From an uncultured delta proteobacterium (lineage in GTDB: Bacteria; Desulfobacterota; Binatia; UBA9968), in assembly GCA_963760795.1 (NCBI GenBank), contig CAVXEP010000021.1:1-64000 (forward strand): a DNA stretch of 64,000 nucleotides, read 5' to 3'. A model generated the notes under the pieces. That model was not told where the DNA came from. It saw nothing but the letters and a program-made list of their open reading frames with translations, and made no database searches. A program made the position numbers and the translations under genes. This document shows, piece after piece, positions 1-9,808 of this stretch (within the stretch, counting starts at the first letter, position 1; each line of letters opens with the position of its first letter).

Positions 1-1188
1 GCCGTCCCGCCAAATTGACGGGCCGATAAATTCGTCGGGAATCTTGAGAGCGCTGGCGCCGAGCACCGGTGCGCCACGCGCGATACGCCAGGGACTCGCG
101 GAAAACTTATAGGGATCGCCGGGAAAGCGATGCTTGCCCAACTCGGGGTGATCGACTTCGGTAAAATAGTTGCGATGTTTGGTCTGGTCATCGTTAACGT
201 AACCGCTCGGCGGATTGATCGGCGCCGCGGCTAAACGATTGGACTGAAACTCCTCGAAGAATTTCTTGACCGGATAGTTGATCGTGCGCGCCTCGACCAG
301 ACGATCGATCATCGAGCGCAGCGCGAAGCGGCTCTGAACATTCTCCAGTTTCGGATCGAGGAGTTCCGCCGGTTTGCCCAACCACTCGACGAAGCGGCGC
401 CAATGCTCCGGCTGGTTGACGAAGATGCGCGCGTAGCCGTCCTGGCACTGGTAGGTTTCCGCCACGGTAGTCGACTGGCTATGGCCGCTGCGTTCCGGCA
501 CTTCCCCGGTAACGCTGTATCTGGAAATAATGCGCAAAAACGGATCGGCGGCCAAGACATCTTGCAGCGATATATCGACATGATCGCCGACACCCGTGGC
601 GCGCTGGTTGAACAGCGCGGCCATGGTGCCGAAGGCTGCATGCACCGATCCCAAATGATAGGCCACATCGCATGGACCCATGAGCGGTGGGCGGCCCGGA
701 TGGCCGCACAGATTCATCAGTCCACCCATGGCGAAGGCGACGATGCTCGGCGCCTTGAATTCTCGATAGGGTCCGGTGCGGCCAAAGCCGCTGATCGAAG
801 TCAGCACCAGCGCTGGGTTGAGCTTTTGCAGCTCAGCGTAGCCGAGCCGTAAATGATCGAGATAGCCAAACGGTTTGTCTTCGATCACCACATCGGCATG
901 GGCCGCCAGTTCACGAAATATTTGGCTGCCGTTGGCATCTTCAAGATTCAAAACTACGCCATGCTTGTTGGTGTGATAGGCGGCGAAGGACAAGCTCCGT
1001 TCGCGATGAGGCGTATCATTCTTGAACGGCCCTTCGCGGCGCATGGGATCGCCGCCCGGCGCTTCGATGAGCAACACTTGGGCGCCGAGATTGGCGAGCA
1101 GTAAGCCGCAATAGCCGCCCATGCGACCGGTCAGATCGAGAACGCGCAAGCCGGCCAAGGCGCCGGTCGCCTGGTTTGAATCAGACAT
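1..1188 (-). CDS. Family III (CaiB/BaiF) CoA-transferase, 3' end runs off the window
   Basis: Not in the ORF track (no stop in the window). Hand translation from ATG 1188 gives MSDSNQATGALAGLRVLDLTGRMGGYCGLLLANLGAQVLLIEAPGGDPMR..HTNKHGVVLNL, and the same frame near base 1 gives EVDHPELGKHRFPGDPYKFSASPWRIARGAPVLG. Confidence 0.9.
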   Translation of the reverse strand, partial: MSDSNQATGALAGLRVLDLTGRMGGYCGLLLANLGAQVLLIEAPGGDPMRREGPFKNDTPHRERSLSFAAYHTNKHGVVLNLEDANGSQIFRELAAHADVVIEDKPFGYLDHLRLGYAELQKLNPALVLTSISGFGRTGPYREFKAPSIVAFAMGGLMNLCGHPGRPPLMGPCDVAYHLGSVHAAFGTMAALFNQRATGVGDHVDISLQDVLAADPFLRIISRYSVTGEVPERSGHSQSTTVAETYQCQDGYARIFVNQPEHWRRFVEWLGKPAELLDPKLENVQSRFALRSMIDRLVEARTINYPVKKFFEEFQSNRLAAAPINPPSGYVNDDQTKHRNYFTEVDHPELGKHRFPGDPYKFSASPWRIARGAPVLGASALKIPDEFIGPSIWRDG

Positions 1189-1329
1189 CGAGAAACTCCA
1201 TTCCAGAGCACAGTCTTCGCTCAAGCTTTCGGAGTATATTTAAATCTACCGGCAGGAAACAAGCTGCCAGCGGATTCAAAATCGGCAATTCGATGGCGCT
1301 GCTAACAAAGATAGGACGAGGTGGGCGGG

Positions 1330-2833
1330 TTAAAAGTTGCCAGGCGGCACGAGCGCACCGTTGCTGTCGTAAACTTCCACCGCGCCGTATTTCTCCAACA
1401 CCGCTTTGATCTTGCCGGCGTCGCCCACCGCGGCGATCTGAAACTTGTCGGGATCGAGATACTTGCGCGCCACCCGCTGCACATCCGCCCCGGTCACCGC
1501 GGCGATCTTGGCGGCATAACCATCCCAATAATCGGCCGGCAAGCCGTATAGCTTACGCGTGATGGCAAAGCCCAGCGCGCGCGACGGTTGCTCCAATGAC
1601 AGCGCGAAGTTCGCGATGATCGAGCGCTGACTCTCCGCCAATTCGCCGGGCGGGACTTTTTCATCGCGAATGCGTCCAATCTCGTTGAAAAACTCGACCA
1701 TCGCGCCCGCGGTGACTTCCGTGCGCATGTTGCCGCCGGCGCGCCAGGGCCCCGGGTACCGCACTGCGGTAAAGTCGCTGTAAACCCCGTAGGTGTAGCC
1801 TTTTTCCTCGCGCAGGTTGAGAAACAATCGCGCCGACGCGCCGCCGCCGATGACATCGTTCATCACCACCATCGGCATGTAGTCGGGGCTGCGCCGGTCG
1901 ATGGCGATGTTGCCCAAGGAAACCGTCGTCTGCACCGAGTTAGGGCGGTGGACGAGATACACTTTGCGCGCGCTGGCGGCCTGTGGATCGCGCGGCAGGA
2001 TCGGCTTTAGTTCGGTCTTTTTCCAACCGGCGAGCAGCTTTTCTAATTTGGCGATGAGATCCTTGGCGCGGACATCGCCGGCGATGCCGAGGATCGAATT
2101 CTGCGGCGCATAGCGCTCGCGGTGCCATTGGCGCAGCCCGTCCTGGGTGAGCCGGTCCAGAGACTCCGCCGTCACCGAGACATTGGCCGCCGGATGGTCG
2201 CCGTAGACGGCGCGGTTGAAACGTTCGCTCAAGAGGAAATTGGCGTTGGAGCGCTGCTCGCGCAGCTGCGCCCGCATCCGCTGTTTGAGCTTCTCCAACT
2301 CATCGGCGGCAAAACTCGGTTGCAGCAGGATCTCGAAAGCGATGCCGAGCCAGCTGTCAAAGTTGTCGCTTAGCCCGGCAGCGCTCAGCACCGTGTCCGA
2401 CGAACCGAACGACGAGCTGGCGCCGATCGACGCGCCCAGCCGGTCGATATATTCCGCGAGCTGAATGCTGTTTTTGGTTTTCGTCCCCTCGCGCAGCATT
2501 TGCGCCGTGACACTGGCCAAGCCGGTCATCGCCGTGGGTTCGAACAAGCCCCCCGCGCCGCCGACATGCAGCTGCACGCTGACATAGGGAGCGCGGCGAT
2601 CTTCGACAATTAGCACCGTCAGGCCATTTTTGAGCTTGGCTTCCACCGGCTCTGGGAAGTTTCAAGGTGAGAATATCCCGGGCCACCGGCGCGCGGTTTT
2701 TGCGCTCGACTTTGGCCGGCGGCGTCGCCGCGCCCTCTTGGCCGCGCACCGCTGCCGGCGCCAGGGTTAAGCCAATCGCGAGGGCCAATACGGTGCAAAA
2801 AATCGGCAAAAATTTCGCCATCGATTTACTCAT
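1330..2833 (-). CDS. M16B (pitrilysin-like) peptidase, non-catalytic subunit, secreted; frameshift near 2655
   Basis: ORF 1330..2646 has LKNGLTV, LREEKGYTYG and M16 C-domain motifs but no HXXEH (reads SVTAQML). The signal peptide lies in ORF 2357..2833 and joins if one base is removed at CTTCCCAGAG. Confidence 0.85.
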
Positions 2834-2842
2834 GTGAGCCGT

Positions 2843-4332
2843 TCAACCGCCGCTCGGCGCCGCGGCCGCCTTAGGCAGGGTGGTGACTACCGTGCGGTTG
2901 GAGTCAATGAAATATTTTTGCGCAACGCGTTGAATATCGGCTTTGGTGATCTGCTCGTAGCGCGCCCAAACTTTGTTGATCAAACCGGGATCGTTGTAGT
3001 AAACGGCGAAATGGCCCAGCGAGTTAGCCCGCGACCGCGTGCTGTAGAGCTGCTGCGCCCGTTGGCGGCGCAGCTGCATGCGGACTTTATTCAACTCGGA
3101 ATCTTCCACCGGGCTTTTTTGAATGCGCAGGATCTCTTCGTAGAGCAGTTTTTCCAGGGCGCCCAAGTCGGTGGTCGGCCGCGCCATCAGGCTGAACCAG
3201 AACAGCGACGGCCCGCGCTTCTCCTCGGCGTCGGCATAGACACTCAAGGCCATTTCTTTTTCCTTGACGAACTTCTGATACAGCCGCGAGGACACGCCGC
3301 TGGCCAGAACCTGTCCGAGCATTTCCAAAGCGTACCAATCCGGCGTATTGGCTGGGGGAATTTTGAACACGATATCGAGGCGCGGCGTTTGCGCGAAACC
3401 GTCTTCGACAGTCTTGCGTCGCTCGGCCTTCTGCTCGGGCTCATTCATGTCCGCCGGCGCCGGCGCCGTCTGCGCCGGAATATTCTCGAAATATTTCTTG
3501 ATCAATGCCAAGGCGACTTCGGTTTTGAAATCGCCGACCATCGACAGCACCGCATTGTTGGGCGCGTAGTAAGTGCGAAAAAAACCCATGGCATCGTCCA
3601 GCGTCGCGGCGTTCAAATCTTCCATGGAACCGATGGTCGAATGTTTGTAGGGGAAATTGTCGTAGACCAGATCGAGCACCGCTTCATAGGTCTTGCCGTA
3701 GGCGCGGTTATCGTAGTTCTGCCGGCGCTCCTCTTGCACCGTCGAGCGTTGATTGTCGAAGTTCGCCTGGTTGATCGCCGGCGCGCGCATGCGGTCGGCC
3801 TCGAGAAAGATCCCCAACTCCAACTGATTCGCCGGTAATGTTTCAAAATAGTTGGTGCGATCGGCGTTGGTGGTGCCGTTGGCGCTGCCGCCGTTGTTTT
3901 GCACCAGGATGAAATGCTCGCCCTTGCCGACATTTTCCGAGCCTTGAAACAGCATATGCTCGAACAGATGGGCAAAGCCGGTGCGCCCCGGGCGCTCATC
4001 GCGAGAGCCGACATTATACGTCATGGCGATGGAAAAGGTCGGCGCGCGATGATCCTCGGCGAGCAGCACGCGCAGACCGTTTTTGAGTATGAACTCGTCA
4101 AAAACTATATCGTAAGATTTTGCCGCGGCGCTGGACTTCGTCCAGCGCTCTCTGCTTTTACCGCCGATTTGGTTTGCATGGCTGCGGCGGCTTTGGCGTT
4201 GGACGCCCGGCGCTTGTTCGGCTTAGACTCGACCGCTTCGGCATTTAGAGCGGCGGCGAAAAACAGCAGCGCGAACCAAAGCGCCGCCCAGGCTCTGCAT
4301 ACGGAAATAGAACTTCGGGGTTGGGCGTTCAT
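2843..4332 (-). CDS. M16B zinc peptidase, catalytic subunit, secreted; frameshift near 4107
   Basis: GFAHLFEHMLFQGS (HXXEH), NGTTNADRTNY and VQEERR. The N-terminal signal peptide is in ORF 4105..4332 and joins via TIVFDEFILKNGLRVLL. Confidence 0.9.
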
Positions 4333-4510
4333 CGCGAAAACTCTCGCGTAACCACTCTTGTCATGGTCCTAGTAGTAACATCATTCTCGGCGACAAGGAA
4401 CTTATCCTAGTAGACGGCGCGCATGGATGACTCGCGCAGCGTTTGACAGCTCGCCCATGGGGAGCATAAATGAAGACAAATTCCAATTGAGAGGCTAAGT
4501 CAAAAAATCT

Positions 4511-5248
4511 ATGAAAACATCCTGGGAAAAAGTCACTGTCGACAATAGCCCCATGGGCATGTACCTCGCCCAACCCGAAGTCGCTGGCGCCGTGCCGGCG
4601 ATCATCGTCGTGCAAAATCAAGACGGCGTCGCCGAGTTTACCCAAGAGATGACCCGGCGGGTCGCCGCGGCCGGCTATGTCGGCATCGCGCCGCAGTTTT
4701 ATCATCGCGAGGGCGAACCCAGGACCCCTGAGGCAACGGCGACCATTAAAAGTAGCCGCAATGACGCCAACGTCATGAGCGACATCCATGCGACGATTAA
4801 TTTTCTCAAAGGCTGCGCCACGGCGGACACGTCACGGTTGGGCATCGTCGGCTTCTGCATGGGCGGGCGCATCGCTTTTCTCGGCGCGGCGGCGACCACG
4901 CTATTCAAAGCCGCGGTCGATTTTTACGGCGGCGGCTGTTACTCGCAATGGGGCGACCGCCCGGCGCCGGCAACCATGGCGGCGAATGTTTGCTGCCCGG
5001 TCCAAGGCCACTTCGGCGAGCTCGACAAGAATCCACCACCGGACGAAATGCGCCGGCTCGACGCCGAGCTCACCCGCCTGGGCAAGACCCATGAATTTTT
5101 CTTTTATCCCGACACGCACCATGGCTTTAATCGCAGCGGTGCGAAGACATATAAGCCCGACCATGACGCGACCTCTTGGGCCCGAACGGTGGAATTTTTC
5201 GCCAGACATCTCGCCGCAACGGATCAAAAGAAGGCCGTCGCCGGTTAG
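4511..5248 (+). CDS. Dienelactone hydrolase family protein
   Basis: Nucleophile motif GIVGFCMGG, plus HFGELD and HHGF. Confidence 0.9.
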   Translation: MKTSWEKVTVDNSPMGMYLAQPEVAGAVPAIIVVQNQDGVAEFTQEMTRRVAAAGYVGIAPQFYHREGEPRTPEATATIKSSRNDANVMSDIHATINFLKGCATADTSRLGIVGFCMGGRIAFLGAAATTLFKAAVDFYGGGCYSQWGDRPAPATMAANVCCPVQGHFGELDKNPPPDEMRRLDAELTRLGKTHEFFFYPDTHHGFNRSGAKTYKPDHDATSWARTVEFFARHLAATDQKKAVAG

Positions 5249-5256
5249 GCGAAAAA

Positions 5257-6232
5257 ATGAACGCCAAACATCTGTTCATCGTCATCCTAGCCCTGATCTT
5301 GGCGCTTGATTGGGCACAACCCGCTGCAAGCGCCGAGCCCAAGCTGCTCAACGTCGGCTGGACCGGCGGTACCGCCTGGACCGCGCTGCCGGACCGGGTC
5401 GCCATCGAGCGCGGTTTTTTCGACAAAGAAGGGCTTGCGGGTTCGCTACGTCCAGTTTCAAGGCACCAACCTGATGCTCAGCGCCTTGATGGCCAACGAG
5501 CTCGACTACGTGACGATCCTGCCGTTCATCGCCGGCGCGGCCACCCGCGGTCTGCCGGTGAAAATTGTCGCCACCACCGTCAAGACCAGCGGTTATGCGA
5601 TCATTTCCCGGCCCGATATCGACAGCGTCAAAGCGCTCAAGGGCAAGAGAATAGCCATCAACACATTTGGCAGCTCGGCAGACTTCGCGATCTATCAACT
5701 GCTCAGCCGCAACGGCCTCGATCCCAACAAGGACGTCACTTTGCAGGCCATCGCCGGCAGCCCTGACGCCCGTTTCGCCGCGCTGCTGAGCGGCGCCGTC
5801 GACGCCACCGTGGTCAACAGTCCATTCGAATACCGCGCCGAGCAAAGAGGCTTTAAGACGCTTTTATCGGTGAAGGAAACCGCCGAGTTCGTCAAGATCC
5901 CGATCGTCGGCTTGAGCACCACGCAGAGAAAAATCGACAGAGAACCGGACGAGATCGTCCGTTATCTGCGCGCCCTGCGCAACGCCATCCTGTTCTTGCA
6001 AAGCCAGCGCGAAGCCGGTGTCAGCTTGATCGAAAAATTGCTCAAGCTCGACCGGCCCGTCGCCGAGCGCTTCTACGGCATCTATCGTGACCAGTTTAAC
6101 CCCGACCTCTCGGTGCCCGACTCGGTCGTCGAAGAATGGATCGCCGTCGGCACCTTTCGCGCCAAGGAAAAAATCACCGCCAAACCTTCGGTGGTCGTCG
6201 ATTGGAGCTTCGCTGAAAAGGCGAGACGTTAG
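5257..6232 (+). CDS. NitT/TauT/SsuA-type ABC substrate-binding protein; frameshift near 5433
   Basis: Signal peptide and AIERGFFDKEGL in frame 5176 continue as RVRYVQF..LKGKRIAINTFGSS..ALLSGAVDA in frame 5306. Confidence 0.85.
6024..6223 (+). repeat. 200-bp direct repeat, copy 1 (3' end of the SBP gene)
   Basis: Aligns ungapped with 8451..8650, 12 mismatches counted by hand. Confidence 0.95.
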
Positions 6233-6260
6233 CGGCACAGGCTCTTGAAGGCGGTTTGCC

Positions 6261-8456
6261 ATGAAACTCGAACTCACGCGCCGGGAATTTTTGCAGTCCG
6301 CCGGCGCTCTGGTGGTTGCCTTCGGGTTACCCGTGGAAGCGGCTGGGCAACCGGCGGCAACATTGCGTCAATTCGGCGGCCCTTTACCAGCCAATCAGCT
6401 CGACTCCTGGCTGATCATTCACAAAGACGGCATGGTCACCGTGCGCACCGGCAAAGTCGAACTCGGTACCGGCGTGTCCACGTCGCTGCGCCAGATCGTC
6501 GCCGACGAGCTCGATTGCGCTTTTGAAAAAATCACCTGGGTGCAGGGCGATACGGCGAACACCGTCGACCAAGCGCCAACCTTCGGCAGCCAAACCATCA
6601 AGCGCGGCGGCAGTCAGTTGCGCCAAGCCGCGGCGGAAGCGAAGGCCACGTTATTATCCTTAGCAGCGGTGCGCTTAGGCGTGGCGGTGGAGATGCTCAC
6701 GGCCAGCCAAGGACTCATCAGCGGCGGCAAAAAATCGGTGACCTACAGCGATCTGCTGGGCGGCTTGTCCTTCAACGGCGAGATCGCCGGCAAGATCAAA
6801 CCGAAGAGCGCCAGCGATTATAAACTCGTTGGTCGATCGGTGCCGCGCGTCGATATTCCGGCGAAGGCAAGCGGTGAGTATATTTATCTGCACAACCTAC
6901 GGCTTCCCGGCATGTTGCATGGACGAGCGATCCGGCCCCCATCGGTCGGGGCAAAGTTGCTCAGCGTCGATGAGACGTCGGTAAAAGAGATTGCCGGCCT
7001 GGTAAAAATTGTCGTTAAACAAAACTTCGTCGGCGTGGTCGCGGCACGCGAAGAGCAGGCGATCCGCGCGGCGCGCGAACTAAAAATCACTTGGCAGGAA
7101 AGCCCAAGCCTGCCGGCGATGGAGCAACTCGCTGACATGCTGCGGAAAATTCCCAGCAACGACAAGCCACCGGCAAATAGCGGCGATGTCACCGCCGCCC
7201 TGAGCGCGTCGGTAAAGACTTTAACCGCGACTTATCACTGGCCCTATCAATTGCACGCGTCCATGGGGCCATCCTGCGCCGTCGCCGATATCAGCAATAG
7301 CCAAGCGACAATCTGGTCGGCGACTCAGGGCGCCCATCAGCTGCGCCCAACCATCGCGAACTTGACGGGAATCACCACCGCTAACGTGCGCGTCATCTAC
7401 GTAGAGGCCGCCGGCTGCTATGGCCACAACGCCGCCGATGACGCCGCCGCCGATGCGGCGCTCTTGTCGCAAGCGGTGGGCAAGCCGGTGCGCGTCCAAT
7501 GGATGCGTCACGACGAACACGCCTGGGAACCCCTCGGCCCGGCAATGGTCATGGAAGTGCGCGGCGGTTTAGATCAGCAGGGAAACGTGACGGCATGGGA
7601 TTATCAGGTCTGGACACCGACCCATTCGAGCCGGCCCAATGGCAGCGCCGGCAGTTTGCTCGCCGGCGCGAATACGGGAATGTCCGCCGGCACGCCCAAT
7701 CAATCCGGCGCCGACCGCAACGCCAATCACACTTATGATTTTAAGAATAATCGCGTGATGGTGCACTGGCTCAACTCCAGTCCGCTGCGTGCCTCCGCGT
7801 TGCGCGGACTCGGTTCGCCGCAGAACACTTTCGCCAACGAATCGTTCATCGACGAACTGGCCAACGCCGCCGGCGCCGATTCGGTGGAGTTTCGTCTTCG
7901 TTACATGAGCGACCCACGCGCCAAAGCCGTGCTCGAAGCCGCGGCAAAGAAGTCCGGCTGGCCCAATCGCCCGGCGCCGTCGCAAGCGGGCTTCAAAAGC
8001 GGTCGAGGCGTGGCCTACGTGCGCTACGATCGAACTGAGGCTTACGTTGCCGCGGTGGTCGATGTCGAAGTCAATCCGGCCGACGGGCAAATTCGAGTTT
8101 CGCGGGTGGTGGTCGCCCATGACTGTGGCCTGATCATCAATCCCGACGGTTTAAGAAATCAGATCGAAGGCAACGTCATCCAAGCGATCAGCCGCACGCT
8201 CAAAGAAGAAGTGACATTCGATCGCTCACGGGTAACCAGCCTTGATTGGCGACTCTATCCAATTTTGCGCTTCCCAGAAATTCCCGAAGTCATTATCGAA
8301 TTGATCGACCGACCCGAACAACCGTCCGTGGGCGCGGGCGAAGCGACGACCAGCGCGATACCGGCGGCCATCGCCAACGCGATTTTCAATGCGACTAACG
8401 TAAGGCTGCGCACCATCCCATTCACGCCGGAGCGCGTGAAGGCGGAGTTGGCTTGA
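6261..8456 (+). CDS. Xanthine dehydrogenase family molybdopterin-binding large subunit (IorB/isoquinoline oxidoreductase beta-like), Tat signal
   Basis: TRREFLQ twin-arginine motif, GKVELGTG, AHDCGLIINPDG, QIEGNVIQ, GAGEA and AIANAIFNAT. Confidence 0.9.
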   Translation: MKLELTRREFLQSAGALVVAFGLPVEAAGQPAATLRQFGGPLPANQLDSWLIIHKDGMVTVRTGKVELGTGVSTSLRQIVADELDCAFEKITWVQGDTANTVDQAPTFGSQTIKRGGSQLRQAAAEAKATLLSLAAVRLGVAVEMLTASQGLISGGKKSVTYSDLLGGLSFNGEIAGKIKPKSASDYKLVGRSVPRVDIPAKASGEYIYLHNLRLPGMLHGRAIRPPSVGAKLLSVDETSVKEIAGLVKIVVKQNFVGVVAAREEQAIRAARELKITWQESPSLPAMEQLADMLRKIPSNDKPPANSGDVTAALSASVKTLTATYHWPYQLHASMGPSCAVADISNSQATIWSATQGAHQLRPTIANLTGITTANVRVIYVEAAGCYGHNAADDAAADAALLSQAVGKPVRVQWMRHDEHAWEPLGPAMVMEVRGGLDQQGNVTAWDYQVWTPTHSSRPNGSAGSLLAGANTGMSAGTPNQSGADRNANHTYDFKNNRVMVHWLNSSPLRASALRGLGSPQNTFANESFIDELANAAGADSVEFRLRYMSDPRAKAVLEAAAKKSGWPNRPAPSQAGFKSGRGVAYVRYDRTEAYVAAVVDVEVNPADGQIRVSRVVVAHDCGLIINPDGLRNQIEGNVIQAISRTLKEEVTFDRSRVTSLDWRLYPILRFPEIPEVIIELIDRPEQPSVGAGEATTSAIPAAIANAIFNATNVRLRTIPFTPERVKAELA

Positions 8457-8668
8457 TCGAAAAATTGCTTAAACTTGACCGGCCCGTCGCCGAGCGCTTC
8501 TACGGCATCTATCGCGACCAGTACAACCCCGACCTCTCCGTGCCCGAATCGGTCGTCGAAGAATGGATCGCCGTCGGCACCTTTCGCGCCAAAGAAAAAA
8601 TCACCGCCAAACCTTCGGTGGTTGTCGATTGGAGATTCGCCGAAAAGGCGCGCACTAGCCAGCGTTAA
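8451..8668 (+). pseudogene. Orphan 3' fragment of the upstream SBP gene (direct repeat copy 2 = 8451..8650)
   Basis: IEKLLKLDRPVAERFYGIYRDQYNPDLSVPESVVEEWIAVG is nearly identical to the C-terminus of 5257..6232. Confidence 0.9.
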
Positions 8669-8678
8669 CGGATAGAAC

Positions 8679-9758
8679 TCAATTCTCCAAAATCTTCTTC
8701 ACCCGCTCGATGACTTCGCGCTTCTGATCCAGCAAGTCTCTGTGCAACGCTTGGATCTCTTCGCCGCTGGAAGGCTCCATGTCCAACCTCTGCCGGTCGA
8801 CTTCGGCTAACAGATCGGGATCTTTGAGCGCTCGCGCATAGGCCTCGCGAAGAATTTTTACCCGATCCGCCGGCACGCCCGGCGGCGCGGTCATCGGCCG
8901 TCCCAACTCATCGCCGGATAGAAATATCTGCGCCAGTCGGCGGCCGATGTCAGGCGTCTTGTACTTGTCCATGAGCTCGTAGATCGTCGGCACGTCAGGC
9001 AACCGAGAATCGCGTTTCTTACCGGCTTGCAGCAAATGGCGGTCGAAACCCTTTTTCTCCCAAGATAAAAACGGCTCGCGGCTGAAATGAACCGTGATCC
9101 GGGTCGCCCGGCAGACCACTTCGTTGCGCTCCATGGCTAAATCAACCTCGCTGCCGCTCTTGTAACCGAGTATCCGGTGGAATTTGCCGCCGACGGTTTC
9201 TTCGATCAGACGCGTCAATAACGCCGTCTGATCGGCACTGCCGGAGCCGCCGCACTTGGGCGTATCATTGGATTTGATGATCTCGTCGATCGACCTAAAC
9301 GGCGAGTCGGCGCGGATGTAGAGCATCATCTGGCCTTTTTCCTGGGAGCCGAGCCAGTTGAACTTGCGCACGTCGTACTTGACCTGAGGCCGGCCGATCA
9401 TTTGCTCAAGATACATATGGGTCTGGAACATGCCGAAGGTGAGACCATCCGGTTTGGCGATGCCGTAAAGATAATTGGCCGCGATCATCGAACCGGCGCC
9501 AGGCATGTTTTGCACCAACATGGTCGGATTGCCGGGAATATACTTCCCCATGTTCCGAGCCAGTAGCCGCCCCCAGATATCGTAAAGTCCGCCCGGCGCC
9601 GACCCGACGACCACGGTGACCGTCTTGCCTGCATAAAAGTTCGCTTGCGCAAATGCCCGTTCAAGATTCAAGGGGAAGGGTTCAAGCGTAAAGAAAAGTA
9701 AGCCAAACACGATCCGATTGAACCCTTGAACCCTTGAATTTTTGAACAAATTTTCCAT
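8679..9758 (-). CDS. Bug/TctC-type tripartite tricarboxylate transporter substrate-binding protein
   Basis: VVGSAPGGLYD, VQNMPGAGSMIAANY, AKPDGLT, LPDVPT and APPGVPADRV. Start placed at ATG 9758. Confidence 0.88.
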   Translation of the reverse strand: MENLFKNSRVQGFNRIVFGLLFFTLEPFPLNLERAFAQANFYAGKTVTVVVGSAPGGLYDIWGRLLARNMGKYIPGNPTMLVQNMPGAGSMIAANYLYGIAKPDGLTFGMFQTHMYLEQMIGRPQVKYDVRKFNWLGSQEKGQMMLYIRADSPFRSIDEIIKSNDTPKCGGSGSADQTALLTRLIEETVGGKFHRILGYKSGSEVDLAMERNEVVCRATRITVHFSREPFLSWEKKGFDRHLLQAGKKRDSRLPDVPTIYELMDKYKTPDIGRRLAQIFLSGDELGRPMTAPPGVPADRVKILREAYARALKDPDLLAEVDRQRLDMEPSSGEEIQALHRDLLDQKREVIERVKKILEN

Positions 9759-9791
9759 CACTCCATTATTCCACCACTCCATGTCACTCCA
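9659..9791. repeat. Short-period (7-8 nt) tandem repeat arrays
   Basis: GTTCAAG-type units at 9659-9686, inverted TTGAACCC-type units at 9718-9747, and (T/C)TCCA(T/C)(C/T)A-type 8-mers at 9753-9791. Confidence 0.7.
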
Positions 9792-9808
9792 AAACCCTCT
9801 TGCAGCTG

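Noticed and set aside
2834-3838. Long antisense ORFs (also 9800..10840, 15135..16142, 47905..48942 and many shorter ones)
   Set aside because: They are shadows of well-supported genes on the opposite strand in GC-rich DNA and show no family motifs.
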